Below the pieces are notes generated by a model. The model had not been told where the DNA came from, made no database searches, and saw only the letters and a program-made list of their open reading frames with translations. The position numbers were made by a program, and so were the translations under genes. Below, one piece after another: positions 11,674 to 24,189 of a stretch of DNA of 38,781 nt; position 1 is the first letter of the stretch; each line of letters begins with the position of its first letter. The DNA comes from Dicyema japonicum (taxonomy: Eukaryota; Animalia; Dicyemida), in the NCBI GenBank assembly GCA_011109175.1, contig RDEW01000138.1, positions 3,269 to 42,049 of the forward strand. Reading direction: 5' to 3'.

Positions 11674-12310
11674 GTATCAATCTACTCAGTAGATTGAATA
11701 TAATTTTTTAAAGTTTTATTATTTTAAAAAACGGATCTTCAATTTTTTTAATTTCCAAAAAAACCGAAGCTTATTTTCGCCAAGGTTTCCGACCCCTGCG
11801 ATTCAAATAGTCCTGAAAAGCATGGCTTATTTTCGCTCATGGGGTTATTTTGGAAAACTCCGATAGTCATTATTTTGTTTACAATACAAACATTTATATA
11901 GTATAATACTAATTAAGTTTTTGTCGTCGAGAATAATTGTGTCTATCTATATACTAAGTTTGGTAACTATCTTTTCTCTAGAGATTGCGACGCCTAGATA
12001 CTCAGTATCTATTCCCTTTTTCAGTTGATCTCATAGGATATCTTGAGAAAGAAATCAGCATCAATTATGTCGACGGGAATCTAAACTCATTAAATTAAAA
12101 CAGCCATTCATCCAAAGTGGACACCGCTGACATTATCGACGTTGCGTTGCCTCTCAAGATTATAACAGGGAGTAACTGGAGAAGCTATCGGGTTTCATGT
12201 GCGTCGTGGCTTTTTAGTGTAGCTAAGCGTCCAAGTTTTTTAAATTATGAACTAAATATTAACGAAAAATAAATTTGTAAGTCATTATTATAATCTAATA
12301 GAAAATAATA

Positions 12311-13152
12311 TTAATAATTGAAATTCCCAGTCTGTAATGGATAAAAACGTCTTCTTCTTTTATATTTTATTAAGTAAGTGATAACAATGGCAACAATAAT
12401 TACACCAATTACACAAATTGATAATATATATTTGTTTTCTAAATTTAAATTAATATTACTGATTGCATGAGACTTTATTGTTTTTAGAGTACGATGAGTT
12501 GATGTATAACTTCGATATGTATTTGTCATTATATTAAAATATTTTTCCGATTTTATTTGTCTGAAATCACATCCGAGTGCTAAATGTCGGTTAATAAAAG
12601 TTACCATTTCCAGTAAACCTAGTGTTATTGTCTGTTTTTGATAGCTGCATTTTCATATCTTTTATTTTTATAGTTCCATAAATAGAAATAGTTATAACTA
12701 GTTCACTGCAGTTATAATAGCCGTTAGTCGAAATGTTCGAAGATGAAGTATGCATAGGTCCACGAATAGAATTCAATTCTAATCCCCAGGAAACATGCAT
12801 ATAATTTGAATCACGGGAAAAAAGTAATGTGAATTTTATATCATTTTTCTTCCATTTAAGCGCACCAGGAAAATGTTCACGTAGATCAAAATCAAAAATT
12901 GCGTCATTTAAATTTTCATATTTCATCTTTTATTAAATATAATTTATTTACAGTATTTCCAATATTATATTCAACTTCAATTGTTCCACTAAATAACGTT
13001 ACGACGTGGTTGTTCTTTGTCGCACCCCACATAGGTACATTATTATACAACATTTCAAAAGTATTAATATTCCTCCCCAATAATTTATTGCTTGCTAAAC
13101 ACGTATATATTCCTATTTTTAATTTACTTTATAAACCTAGTAATTGGAACAT
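12311..13152 (-). CDS. Spliced type I membrane protein with LAMP-like ectodomain, copy 2 (255 aa); exons 13152-13137, 13112-12952, 12926-12605, 12579-12311
   Basis: GT-AG introns 13113-13136 (24 nt), 12927-12951 (25 nt) and 12580-12604 (25 nt) sit at the same positions as in copy 1. The spliced frame is open and indels versus copy 1 are multiples of 3. Confidence 0.85.
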
Positions 13153-15829
13153 CTCACTGCAATTGTTCTAATTATGAAACAATTTGTTTTATTTAAATAA
13201 AATTGAAACTAATATTTTAAATAAAATAAAGAATTAATTAATATTTTTTAGCTAAAAATAAAGTTCTCGTGGGATGTAAATATATCATAAGTAACATCAA
13301 TATAAATGACCTTTAGTTTACTGTTAGGAAACCTTGAAATGCAAAAAATTCAATATCTCCAACAATACTGGACCCCAATAATCCTAATTTCCCATTAATC
13401 GGATCGCTGCATCAGAGAAACTTCACTGACCTGCAAAAATTTCTCAGGAGAATCACATCTCTGTCCAAAGACTGTACCAGAACTAACAATATACACGGCA
13501 TTATGCCTTCGCTTTTTATACGAACCCTCAAAGTGAACAAGATACTAGAATCCATACTACCTGAGATTGCCTCTATTGAACGGCTACTCCAGAAGATTTT
13601 CAGAGTTGAATTTCAAGTCTGCATTGTAGAATCATCCATCTCTGGCTTAAATATTGTTCATGAGCTCTTTGCTTGATCTGGACCACCTAGACTCTACGTT
13701 AAAATTGGGACTGTTTATTTTTTTCATTTATTTAGTCATGTAAAGATGTTATAAGTCACACCAAGTTTACAAATTCACGTGTTCAGATAAAGCCGTGGTT
13801 TTTTCAACTCTGCTATATTATAGGCTGAGAAAGAAATTATCCTCAAAGGCTTCATCAGGGACTCTAACCCTGCTTTAATAGTGGAATCCTCCACCTCATT
13901 CGTGAGAAGAGACGCTTAAAGAGATCNTTTTCATGATTTTTTCATTTAATCATGTAAAGCTGTTATAAGTCACATCAAGTTTACAAATTCACGAGTTCAG
14001 AAAAAGCCGTGGTTTTTTCAACTCTGCTAAATTGTCGGTTGAGAAAGAAATTATCCTCAAAGGCTTCATCAGGGACTCTAACCTTGCTTTAATAATGAAA
14101 TACTCTACCTCATTTGCGAGAAGAGACGCTTAAAGAGATCGAAGATTGATCATCAAAGAGAACTATCCTCACTGGATAGCAAATAACCATGTTGATTTCT
14201 AATGTCAAAAATTAAAAACGGACTGGATTTATTTCTTACTTCAAAATCAAAACCTAAAAATTTATGCAGATTCATCAAGGATGTTCAGATCAGTTAAAAT
14301 GATTCCAATTCCTTTCATGAAGGGATGCTTGATAAAGATAAACTAAATAATTTCGCCTTTATGCAAAGAATTTGATGATCTAAAATTGCAATATCAGTCA
14401 CATTCGAATGTCCAAAGAAACTCGTTCCAAGAGAGTCCAACCAACACGAAGTACGAAGGGTCATCCAAGTTCCCGTACCGCTAATCCATGGCTTGATCCA
14501 AAAATGCGCGCAAGTTTTCTGCCAAAAGACCTGATTGTCTATGTATGGAGCAATCAAATGAACTTCAAAGTTGATGATTTTTAAATATTGAATATACGGA
14601 AAATTAAACATTTATTGCAATTGAAAATTCTTTAGATTTGAAGAATAGTGAACAAGAACCTGAAAAAATAAGACCTGTATAAAAAACGGATATTGCAGTT
14701 GGATTAACTGCATAATTGGAGAAGGAGATGTTAGTGTTCTTATAAGACACGTCTGTGTACTGTTGGGAATTGCACTGTTTGTACAGGGAAGCAAATCCGT
14801 TTCCATTTTGTCGGATAAGGTCTTAAAGTGATCAGGGGATTAGTTTATCTAGTTACTTGAGATTACTAATAGTATTGGATCTCAAGGACTCAATGTCGCT
14901 GATTTTTTGTTTGTTCCTACAGGACATATTGATTCCCCATGAAGTACATCCATAGCTGACAGATACCTCAATATTTGTAAAATAATTTCAACGCTGGGAA
15001 AAAAGTCCACCAAAAGAGTCTAATTGCCTCCACTCCTGTTGGTAGAAGAAACCGGATGGTTTCAAGTGTTAATAAATAAATTGAATAACTTTCAGGATAG
15101 TTACCTCATACTTGTGATGTAGTACCTAACCCTTAAAGAAATGTCACTATTTTCTACAATGGTTTCTCTCATACTTGTTGCCTTTGGTTATCTTTGAGAT
15201 ACCGACCAGGCATTGGACGTATTCTTAGTCAGATGGATCCTGCAACCCATCATAAAAATTGAAGAAGACAAAGAGTAGATAGGAATCCCTGCACCAAGTT
15301 GGTAGCAGTGTATATCAAACTCTTAGTTAATTTGCGACGCAACGACAGCATTGACCCGTAGTGATTATTTATTTATTATTGCCGCAGGACAACTAGGTTA
15401 AAAGAGAAAGAACATCCCTTCTAACTATGCCATCCCAGACCGACAAGAGGGCATTTTGAAGCGGTATCGGAGTCTTCTTATTTTTTGGGTGAGTATAGTG
15501 ATGACCCAGTCTAGTTTGGTTGAATAAACAATGGGTAGTAAGATTTAAAAAAATACTGAATTTTCGAATGAATAAAGCATCTGATGCATCAATGTCTTGT
15601 TTCAATTCCCGTCTGACCCTGACGATAGGAAAATTGGTAAGAATCACCTACTTTGCGATAGAAGAGGGTAATTATCATTGAAGTATTGAATGTTCTTAAT
15701 AATAAAAATATTAATGAATTTATTTTATAATTAAATGCTGTCATCTTGTCAGAATTAAATATCACAAAATATGTTGAGATACGTATTAATACGACGATAT
15801 TTGATTTTTTCGTTTGCAAGATTGAAAAA

Positions 15830-16095
15830 ATGACAACATGGAGAATTAATTCACGGAATCGTCATAAACAGGCTGTGAGTGAAAAGAAAAGTGTCAAGAG
15901 TATGAACCTCTTGCAAAACAGTTCTCTCTTCTCTACAACCACTGAATAAAGATTGATTATGAACTGGGACGGAGTATTCTCAAAATGATTTAAGAATTAC
16001 ATGGATAAACTATATATCGACAAAAAAACGGAAACTCGCATCCAATCAGTTATGTTGAACAGAACTCTTGAAAGTACGGTAGTTGAGTAAAGCAC
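15830..16095 (+). mobile_element. Second decayed C-terminal fragment of an RLE-type non-LTR element
   Basis: QEYEPLAKQFSLLY...IMNWDGVFSK*FKNYMDKLYIDKKTETRIQSVMLNRTLES, the same motif series as 3251-3500. Confidence 0.65.
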
Positions 16096-16340
16096 GGGTC
16101 AAGGTCTTCGATAAAGATTTCATTTCTGCTTCAGTGAATGTTGGAAGAGAAGACTTGGTTGATTCTAAAGTGGAGAGACTATAGAAAAACGATAGAAGCA
16201 ATTTGGCTAGTTCGCTGATATGGTATTCAGTTATGATGTTTTGAATAAATAAATAAAATTTTTTTTCCATTCATCACAAATAATTGATTCAGATATTTCA
16301 GGGTTAATACATTTTCTAAGGAATTCAAAAATAAAACTAG

Positions 16341-17702
16341 ATGAAGCAGAAAACCAAGATGCTCTACGCAAAATCCAATCCTCGAAAAGAGCGTGAAGAC
16401 GTCTCACTGAAGATTATCAATGGTGCTCTACAACTAACGAGAGGATCATAAGTTAATAAAGAATATGCCCAATGAAGCAGAAAACCAAGATGCTCTACGC
16501 AAAATCCAATCCTCGAAAAGAGCGTGAAGACTTATCACTAAAGATTATCAATGAAGTTCTACAACCAACGAGAGGATCATAAGTTAATAAAGAATATGCC
16601 CAATGTGAAATCGACGTAATCAAGTAATTACACTAAATAGCAAATTTTCATAAATAATCCCGCGCAACTAATGTGCACATGTTTTCTTTATAGCAAGAGA
16701 TAGTTAGCTTCTAAGAGCCCACTAATATAAGCCCGGTTGCTATCAAGCGACCGACTGAGATTGTTGTGCGCCCATATAAGTCTTTTAGAGACATTAGAGA
16801 CCTTTCCTCAAAAATCCCATTGGTTGCTATAAAATTGGCGCTAGACCGCTCATACAAGCAAAAATATTCCAACATCGAGGAATTAATAAAAATTAAAAAA
16901 AGACCGAAATTTATTGAAAATTAATTATTCTGTCCGTATTCCATCTATAACTACCTACTCAAAAGCATAATTCTTCCTGACAAGCTTCATCCAACTAAAA
17001 AAACACCAAAAACCAAACTTATTCTCCAAACTTTTAATATGATTTCCAGCCTCAATCTGAGCATTTTTCCTCATAATATTTAACTTCCTTGATTTTCTCC
17101 CTTCAAATATTCACGATCCAAACCTTATCCCATCCAACTTCTTCTGCATGTAATCCGACAATTTCAAAAGTACACTGTTATGCTTCAACCAGACTTCCGA
17201 GCTGTATGAAAATTGTAGTTGAATATTGTAAATTCTACGAGTATTAAAAATCCCTAACCTCAGTCTTTGATGGTTGGTTTGGGCCATTGCGTTGTTCACG
17301 CATTCCTCCAAGACGGACGGGTCCTCAAGTCTGCTTTGAGCCGATTTCGGGAAATCGTATCATTTTGTGGAAAAGGTTTCCATTGGAATACATGATTTGA
17401 TCCTCTCCATTTCGTTTTTTAGAATTTGAGTCTAGGCACGTGAATTTTTGGCATTTCTCTAACAAGCTGAAGTCTATCGGGGGAAATTTTTCTAGGTAGT
17501 TTTTTGTGTGAGGAAAGGTTTTCATTTCCTCCTCGATTAGATTTAATATTTACAAAATAATTATTTGGTCTCCAGCTTCTTTTACAAGGACATTGTCATC
17601 TCCCTGCTCATAATAGGGTATAGCATCTAGAACCACTTGTTCTATAATATAAATATAATCCCACTTTATTTAACAAACAATAAAAAAATGAATATATTTA
17701 AT
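16341..17702 (-). repeat. Module B repeat, second copy
   Basis: Colinear with 2062-3181 from 16568 onward. Includes about 150 bp (17070-17220) missing from the first copy. Confidence 0.75.
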
Positions 17703-18336
17703 GTGACCGGTTCAGAATGAGATACGGTTGAATACGAGCCGTTAAATATCGATATTCAATGTACCGATTTAAAAAGCCAATCAAACAAAATGGCAAACGT
17801 CCCGTATTAATGATTGAACCTTAAATTTTTGAAAAAATGAAGTTTTATATCTGAACAAAGTTTGCTTTAAACTAGTCAAATTATCCACAACATTAACAAA
17901 ATATAATTTACATCACTTTAATTTTTGATAATATAAATTTCATTAAATTAAAATTTCTACTAAACAGAAAAACGTTACTAANACGGCAATCTTCTTTGAA
18001 CAGAGTCAATATTCGCTCAATTCCAAATTGGCTCTAATTATGTTCTTTCAAATTAACATCGATCATTGTAAGATTTAGTTAAAAAAATTATAAAGCAACT
18101 ATTCATCAAAATGAAAACCTTTCCTTTCCGAATTCTATTTTGATTAGCTTTTTCCTTCAATTTCAAATCAAGTTTTCCAGATTTTTTGAATTTATTAACT
18201 TTTGAAATTTTCTCTTTATTCAGAAAAACTAAATCACTCAAGGTCAATCAGAAAAACGCGTATTTAGCATTATGAAAACAACAGTTAAAGATAGTTGTAA
18301 AATCCTGAATTTTTCGAAAACAGAAATCATATATTG

Positions 18337-20483
18337 CAATGGTTCGCAATTTTTTTATTTAATCGCCCCCTCAACTTTTTTTTCGCCCCTTATTTTACTA
18401 GTCAAAAGTTATTACCACATCTAAAAATTATTTAAGGAATATATTTTTATTTAAAAATCATAGATTTAATAAAATCCCTGTTGTTGATGAGTATTCACAA
18501 GATTCTCTAAATTCGCCTTTCTTTTCGCAATCCTTCTATCTTCTCTTTCTTGTACATTTATTTTGTTTCGTTTTTTATCGATGAATTTTTTTCCATACTC
18601 AAAGGTATTTAGAATTTAGATTTTGTGATTATTTCTACTTATCTTCCGATTTCATTAATAAAGAATATGAAATTAATGTTCGTATATCAATAATTCTAGC
18701 TAAACTTCAAAATATGAAAATAAATTGGAAAATATATAATAAATTTGATTTTTTTTCTCCATGATTAAAAGCCATGATTAAAAGCTACGTGTAGAATTGA
18801 TTAGTCAAGGATTTATTTGATAAAATTTAATCAATCTGGCACGTTCAATAATAAAGAAATAATAAAGTGACTAAAAAATATACATGACCTCAAGAGAAAA
18901 TTTCTTTTTTAATCTGTTCTTTATCTTTTCTCGTTCCATAAGACTTGCGTCATGTTATTCAATTATATTTTTGTCGTGTTTATCAACATTATTTGTAGAA
19001 TTAAGTATATCCTCGAAGCCATCGTCCTATCCGATATGATGACTTCATTTATAACTATAATGAGTTGATAGATCTAAATTGAGAATACTCCATCCCAATC
19101 AAAATATCCGTGACGCGGAATCAACGAAAGCGATCCAAAGTGTTGGATTCGAAAGTTTCTGGCTAGTTTGTCACCGATTTAAAAAATCAAAGATTGAATC
19201 GAATAATTTTACAAATCGTAAAACGTTTTTGCAATTATCTCTGAAACTTTGAATGAATAAAATAGTCCAGAAACATTTTGAAATATACTTTTATTAAAAC
19301 AAGAAATTAAAGTTTATTTTATTTTAATAATTCATTTTTAATTCAAAAAAATTTTTGTTTTTTTCTAATTGAGTTGGAAAGTTAATGCTTTAAATGTTCG
19401 ATATACTTTTATCAAAACGAGAAATTAAAGTTTATTTTATTTTCATAATTCATTTTTAATTCAAAAAAATTTTTGTTTTTTTCTAATTGAGTTGGGAAGT
19501 TAACGTTTTAAATGTTCGATTAAGCGCGATGGCTTCAAGCCGCATTAAAAACTGTACCACATTGCAAGCGTTATGAAGATCCTGAGGATTTTTAAAATAT
19601 CCAAAAGAAATATATTCCTCTTTATAGGTTCTAACTTTTTTTGAACAAGACTCATCACGAAGTATTAGAAATCACGCTAATAATTTTAAATGAAATATTA
19701 TTATTATTATTGAACCAAGACTGGATGTCATTTACAAACAGTTCATATTCCTCTTTATAGGTTCTAACTTTTTTTGAACAAGACTCATCACGAAGTATTA
19801 GAAATCACGCTAATAATTTTAAATGAAATATTATTATTATTATTGAACCAAGACTGGATGTCATTTACAAACAGTTCATCGAGTCAACAATAGGACACAC
19901 ATGTAATGTCTGGGGAACTAACCTTGGAGCAAAGAATTTGGACAAGATCTGTAACATTCAAATAAAGGCAGCAAACCTACTAAGGAAATCTTCCCGTGTG
20001 GACATCCTCGCAAGAAACCTTGAAAATATGATAAAGGCGACTGGAACAGTACCCCTGCGAAGGACTCGAGTATGCGGAGCACATCCATATGTGAAATGCG
20101 CAGGAACGAAGTTGTAACACCGAGAAAAAAATTCGAAAACCGTTTAGGGAAGCCGGGATCACCTGAATTTGTTTATTTTGAATATGACGGTGTTTTTTTG
20201 GTTCAATAATAATAATTGAAATATAATATAAATGTTGTAGTTTTAATATAATATAAATAAAATAAGACTCGATTATTTAAATATGACGGTGTTTTTTTGG
20301 TTCAATAATAATAATTGAAATATAATATAAATGTTGTAGTTTTAATATAATATAAATAAAATAAGACTCGATTATTTATCCGTCTTTAATTTTTCATTTG
20401 ACAATGAGCTCTTCGAGCACCATCTCCCCTTGATCAGAAAAATCGCCCAAAAGGGGCGATTCGCCCCTTGTTGAAAACCACTG
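18337..20483 (-). mobile_element. Second copy of the deleted Buster-like hAT element
   Basis: TIRs CAATGGTTCGCAA (18337) and TTGAAAACCACTG (ends 20483, reverse complement CAGTGGTTTTCAA). Same BED-finger relic. Same insertion point as in unit 2. Confidence 0.8.
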
Positions 20484-21384
20484 GTATCAATCTACTCAGT
20501 AGATTGAATATAATTTTTTAAAGTTTTATTATTTTAAAAAATGTTTCTTCAATTTTTTTAATTTCCAAAAAAACCGAAGCTTATTTTCGCCAAGGTTTCC
20601 GACCCCTGCGATTCAAATAGTCCTGAAAAGCATGGCTTATTTTCGCTCATGGGGTTATTTTGGAAAACTCCGATAGTCATTATTTTGTTTACAATACAAA
20701 CATTTATATAGTATAATACTAGACCCCTGCGATTCAAATAGTCCTGAAAAGCATGGCTTATTTTCGCTCATGGGGTTATTTTGGAAAACTCCGATAGTCA
20801 TTATTTTGTTTACAATACAAACATTTATATAGTATAATACTAATTACGTTTTTGTCGTCGAGAATAATTGTGTCTATCTATATACTAAGTTTGGTAACTA
20901 TCTTTTCTCGAGAGATTGCGACGCCTAGCTACTCAGTATCTATTCCCTTTTTCAGTTGATCTCCTAGGATATCTTGAGAAAAAAATCAGCATCAATTATG
21001 TCGACGGGAATCAAAACTCATTAAATTAAAACAGCCATTCATCCAAAGTGGACCCCGCTGACATTATCGACGTTGCGTTGCCTCTCATGATTATAACAGG
21101 GAGTAACTGGAGAAGCTATCGGATTTCATGTGCGTCGTGGCTTTTTAGTTTAGCCAGGCGTCCAAGTTTCTTAAATTATGAACTAAATATTAACGAAAAA
21201 TAAATTTGTAAGTCATTATTATAATCTAATTTATAACAGGGAGTAACTGGAGAAGCTATCGGGTTTCATGTGCGTCGTGGCTTTTTAGTTTAGCCAGGCG
21301 TCCAAGTTTCTTAAATTATGAACTAAATATTAACGAAAAATAAATTTGTAAGTCATTATTATAATCTAATAGAAAATAATATAA

Positions 21385-22223
21385 TTAATTGAAATTCCCA
21401 GTATGTAATGGATAAAAACGTCTTCTTCTTTTATATTTTATTAAGTAAGTGATAACAATGGCAACAATAATTACACCAATTACACAAATTGATAATATAT
21501 ATTTGTTTTCTAAATTTAAATTAATATTACTGATTGCATGAGACTTTATTGTTTTTAGAGTACGATGAGTTGATGTATAACTTCGATATGTATTTGTCAT
21601 TATATTAAAATATTTTTTCGATTTTATTTTTCTGAAATCACATCCGAGTGCTAAATGTCGGTTAATATAAGTTACCATTTCCAGTAAACCTAGTGTTATT
21701 GTCTGTTTTTGATAGCTGCATTTTCATATCTTTTATTTTTATAGTTCCATAAATAGGAATAGTTATAACTAGTTCACTGCAGTTATAATAGCCGTTAGCC
21801 GAAATATTCAAAATTGAAGCATACATAGGTCCACGAATAGAAATCAATTCTAATCCCCATACAACATCTAAATAATTTGATATACGGGAATATAGTAATG
21901 TGAATTTTATATCATTTTTCTTCCATTTAAGCGCACCAAGATGGTGTCTACGTGAATCAAAATCAAAAATTGCGTCATTTAAATTTTCATATTTCATCTT
22001 TTATTTAATTTAATATATTTACAGTATTATCAATTTTATATTCAACTTCAATTATTCCACTAAACAACATTACGACGTGGTTGTTCTTTGTCGCACCCCA
22101 CATAGGTACATTATTATAAAACATTTCAAAAGTATTAATATTCCTCCCCAATAATTTATTGCTTGCTAAACACGTATATATTCCTATTTTTAATTTACTT
22201 TATAAACCTAGTAATTGGAACAT
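21385..22223 (-). CDS. Spliced type I membrane protein with LAMP-like ectodomain, copy 3 (254 aa); exons 22223-22208, 22183-22023, 21997-21676, 21650-21385
   Basis: GT-AG introns 22184-22207 (24 nt), 21998-22022 (25 nt) and 21651-21675 (25 nt). The spliced frame is open. Confidence 0.85.
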
Positions 22224-24189
22224 CTCACTTCAATTGTTCTAATTATGAAACAATTTGTTTTATTTAAATAAAATTGAAATTAATATTTTAAATAAAATAA
22301 AGAAGTAATTAATATTTTTTTAGCTAAAAATACAGTTCTCGTGGAATGTAAATATATCATAAGTAACATCAATTTAAATGACCTTTAGTTTACTGTTAGG
22401 AAACCTTGAAATGCAAAAAATTCAATATCTCCAACAATACTGGACCCCAATAATCCTAATTTACCATTAATCGGATCGCTGTATCAGAGAAACTTTACTG
22501 ACCTCCAAAAATCTCTCTGGAAAATCACATCTCCGTCCAAAGACTGTACCTGAACCATCAATATACACGGCATTATGCCTACGCTTTTTATACGAACCCT
22601 CAAAGTGAACAAGATACTAGAATACATACTACCTGAGATTGCATCTACTGAACGGCTACTCCAGAAGGTTTTCAGAGTTGAATTTCACGTCTGCATTGTA
22701 GAATTATCCATCTCTGGCTTAAATATTGTTCATGAGCTATTTGCTTGATCTGGACCACCTAGACTCTACATTACAAATTGGACTGTTGATTTTTTCATGA
22801 TTTTTTTTTCATTTAGTCATGTAAAGCTGTTATAAGTCACACCAAGTTTACAAATTCACGAGTTCAGAAAAAGCCGTGGTTTTTTCAACTCTGCTATATT
22901 ATAGGCTGAGAAAGAAATTATCCTCAAAGGCTTCATCAGGGACTCTAACCCTGATTTAATAGTGAAATCCTCCACCTCATTCGTGAGAAGAGACGCTTAA
23001 AGAGATCGAAGATTGATCATCAAAAAGAACTATTCACTGGATAAGCAAATAACCATGTTGATTTCTAATGTCAAAAATTAAAAACGGACTGGATTTATTT
23101 CTTACTTCAAAATCAAAACCTAAAATTTATGCTGATTCATCAAGGATGTTCAGGTCAGTCAAACTGATTCCAATTCCTTTCATGAAGGGATGCTTGATAA
23201 AGACAAACTAAATAATTTCGCCGTTATGAAAGAATTTGATGACCTATTATTGCAATATCAATCACATTCGAATGTCCAAAGATACTCGTTCTAAGAGAGT
23301 CGAACCAACACGAAGTACGAAGGGTCACATAAGTTCCCGTACCGCTAATCCATGGCTTGATCCAAAAATGCGCGCAACCTTTCTGCCAAAACACCTGATT
23401 GTCTATGTATGGAGCAATCAAATAAACTTCATAGTTGATGATTTTTAAATATTGAATACACGGAAATTAAAATATCTATTGGAAATGAAATTTTTTAGAG
23501 ATTTAGATTATAGTGAACAAGTATCTGAAAAAAAGATCTGTAGAAAAAAACGGATATTGCAGTTGTATTAACTGCATAATTGTAGAAGGTGATGTTAGTG
23601 TTCTTATAAGACACGTCTGTGTACTGTTGGGAGTTGCACTGTTTGTACATGGAAGCAAATCCGTTTCCATTTTGTCGGATAAGGTCTTAAAGTGATCAGG
23701 GGATTAGTTTATCTAGTTTCTTGAGATTACTAATAGTAGTGGATCTCAAGGACTCAATATCATTGATTTTTTGTTTGTTCGTCCAGGACAGATTGATTCC
23801 CCATGAAGTACATCCATAGCTGACAGACCCCTCAATATTTGTAAAATAATTTCAACGCTGGGAAAGGAGTCTTAATGCCACCAAAAGAGTCTAATGCCAC
23901 CACTCCTGTTGGTAGAAGAAACCGGATGGTTTCAAGTGTTAATAAATAAATTGAATAGCACTGAGGATAGTCACCTCATACTTGTGATGTAGTACCTAAC
24001 CCTTAAAGGAATGTCACTATTTTCTACAATGGTTTCTCCCATACTTCTTCCTTTGGTTATCTTTGAGCTACCGGTCAGGCATTGGACGTCTTCTGAGTCA
24101 GATGGATCTTGCGACGTATTATAAAAATTGAAAATGCTTGCACCAAGTTGGTAGCAGTCTCTATTGCACAAATGTCTGAAACGCTTTTA

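Larger units (their letters stand above)
9068..15360. repeat. Tandem segmental duplication unit 2
   Basis: Same module order as unit 1, with a hAT element inserted at 9877-11673. Confidence 0.9.
17983..24158. repeat. Tandem segmental duplication unit 3
   Basis: Same module order as unit 2, including the hAT element. Contains five extra 99-140 bp internal tandem duplications. Confidence 0.9.

Noticed and set aside
12899-13171. 90-aa plus-strand ORF
   Set aside because: Antisense shadow of exons 1-3 of gene copy 2. Not open in copies 1 and 3.
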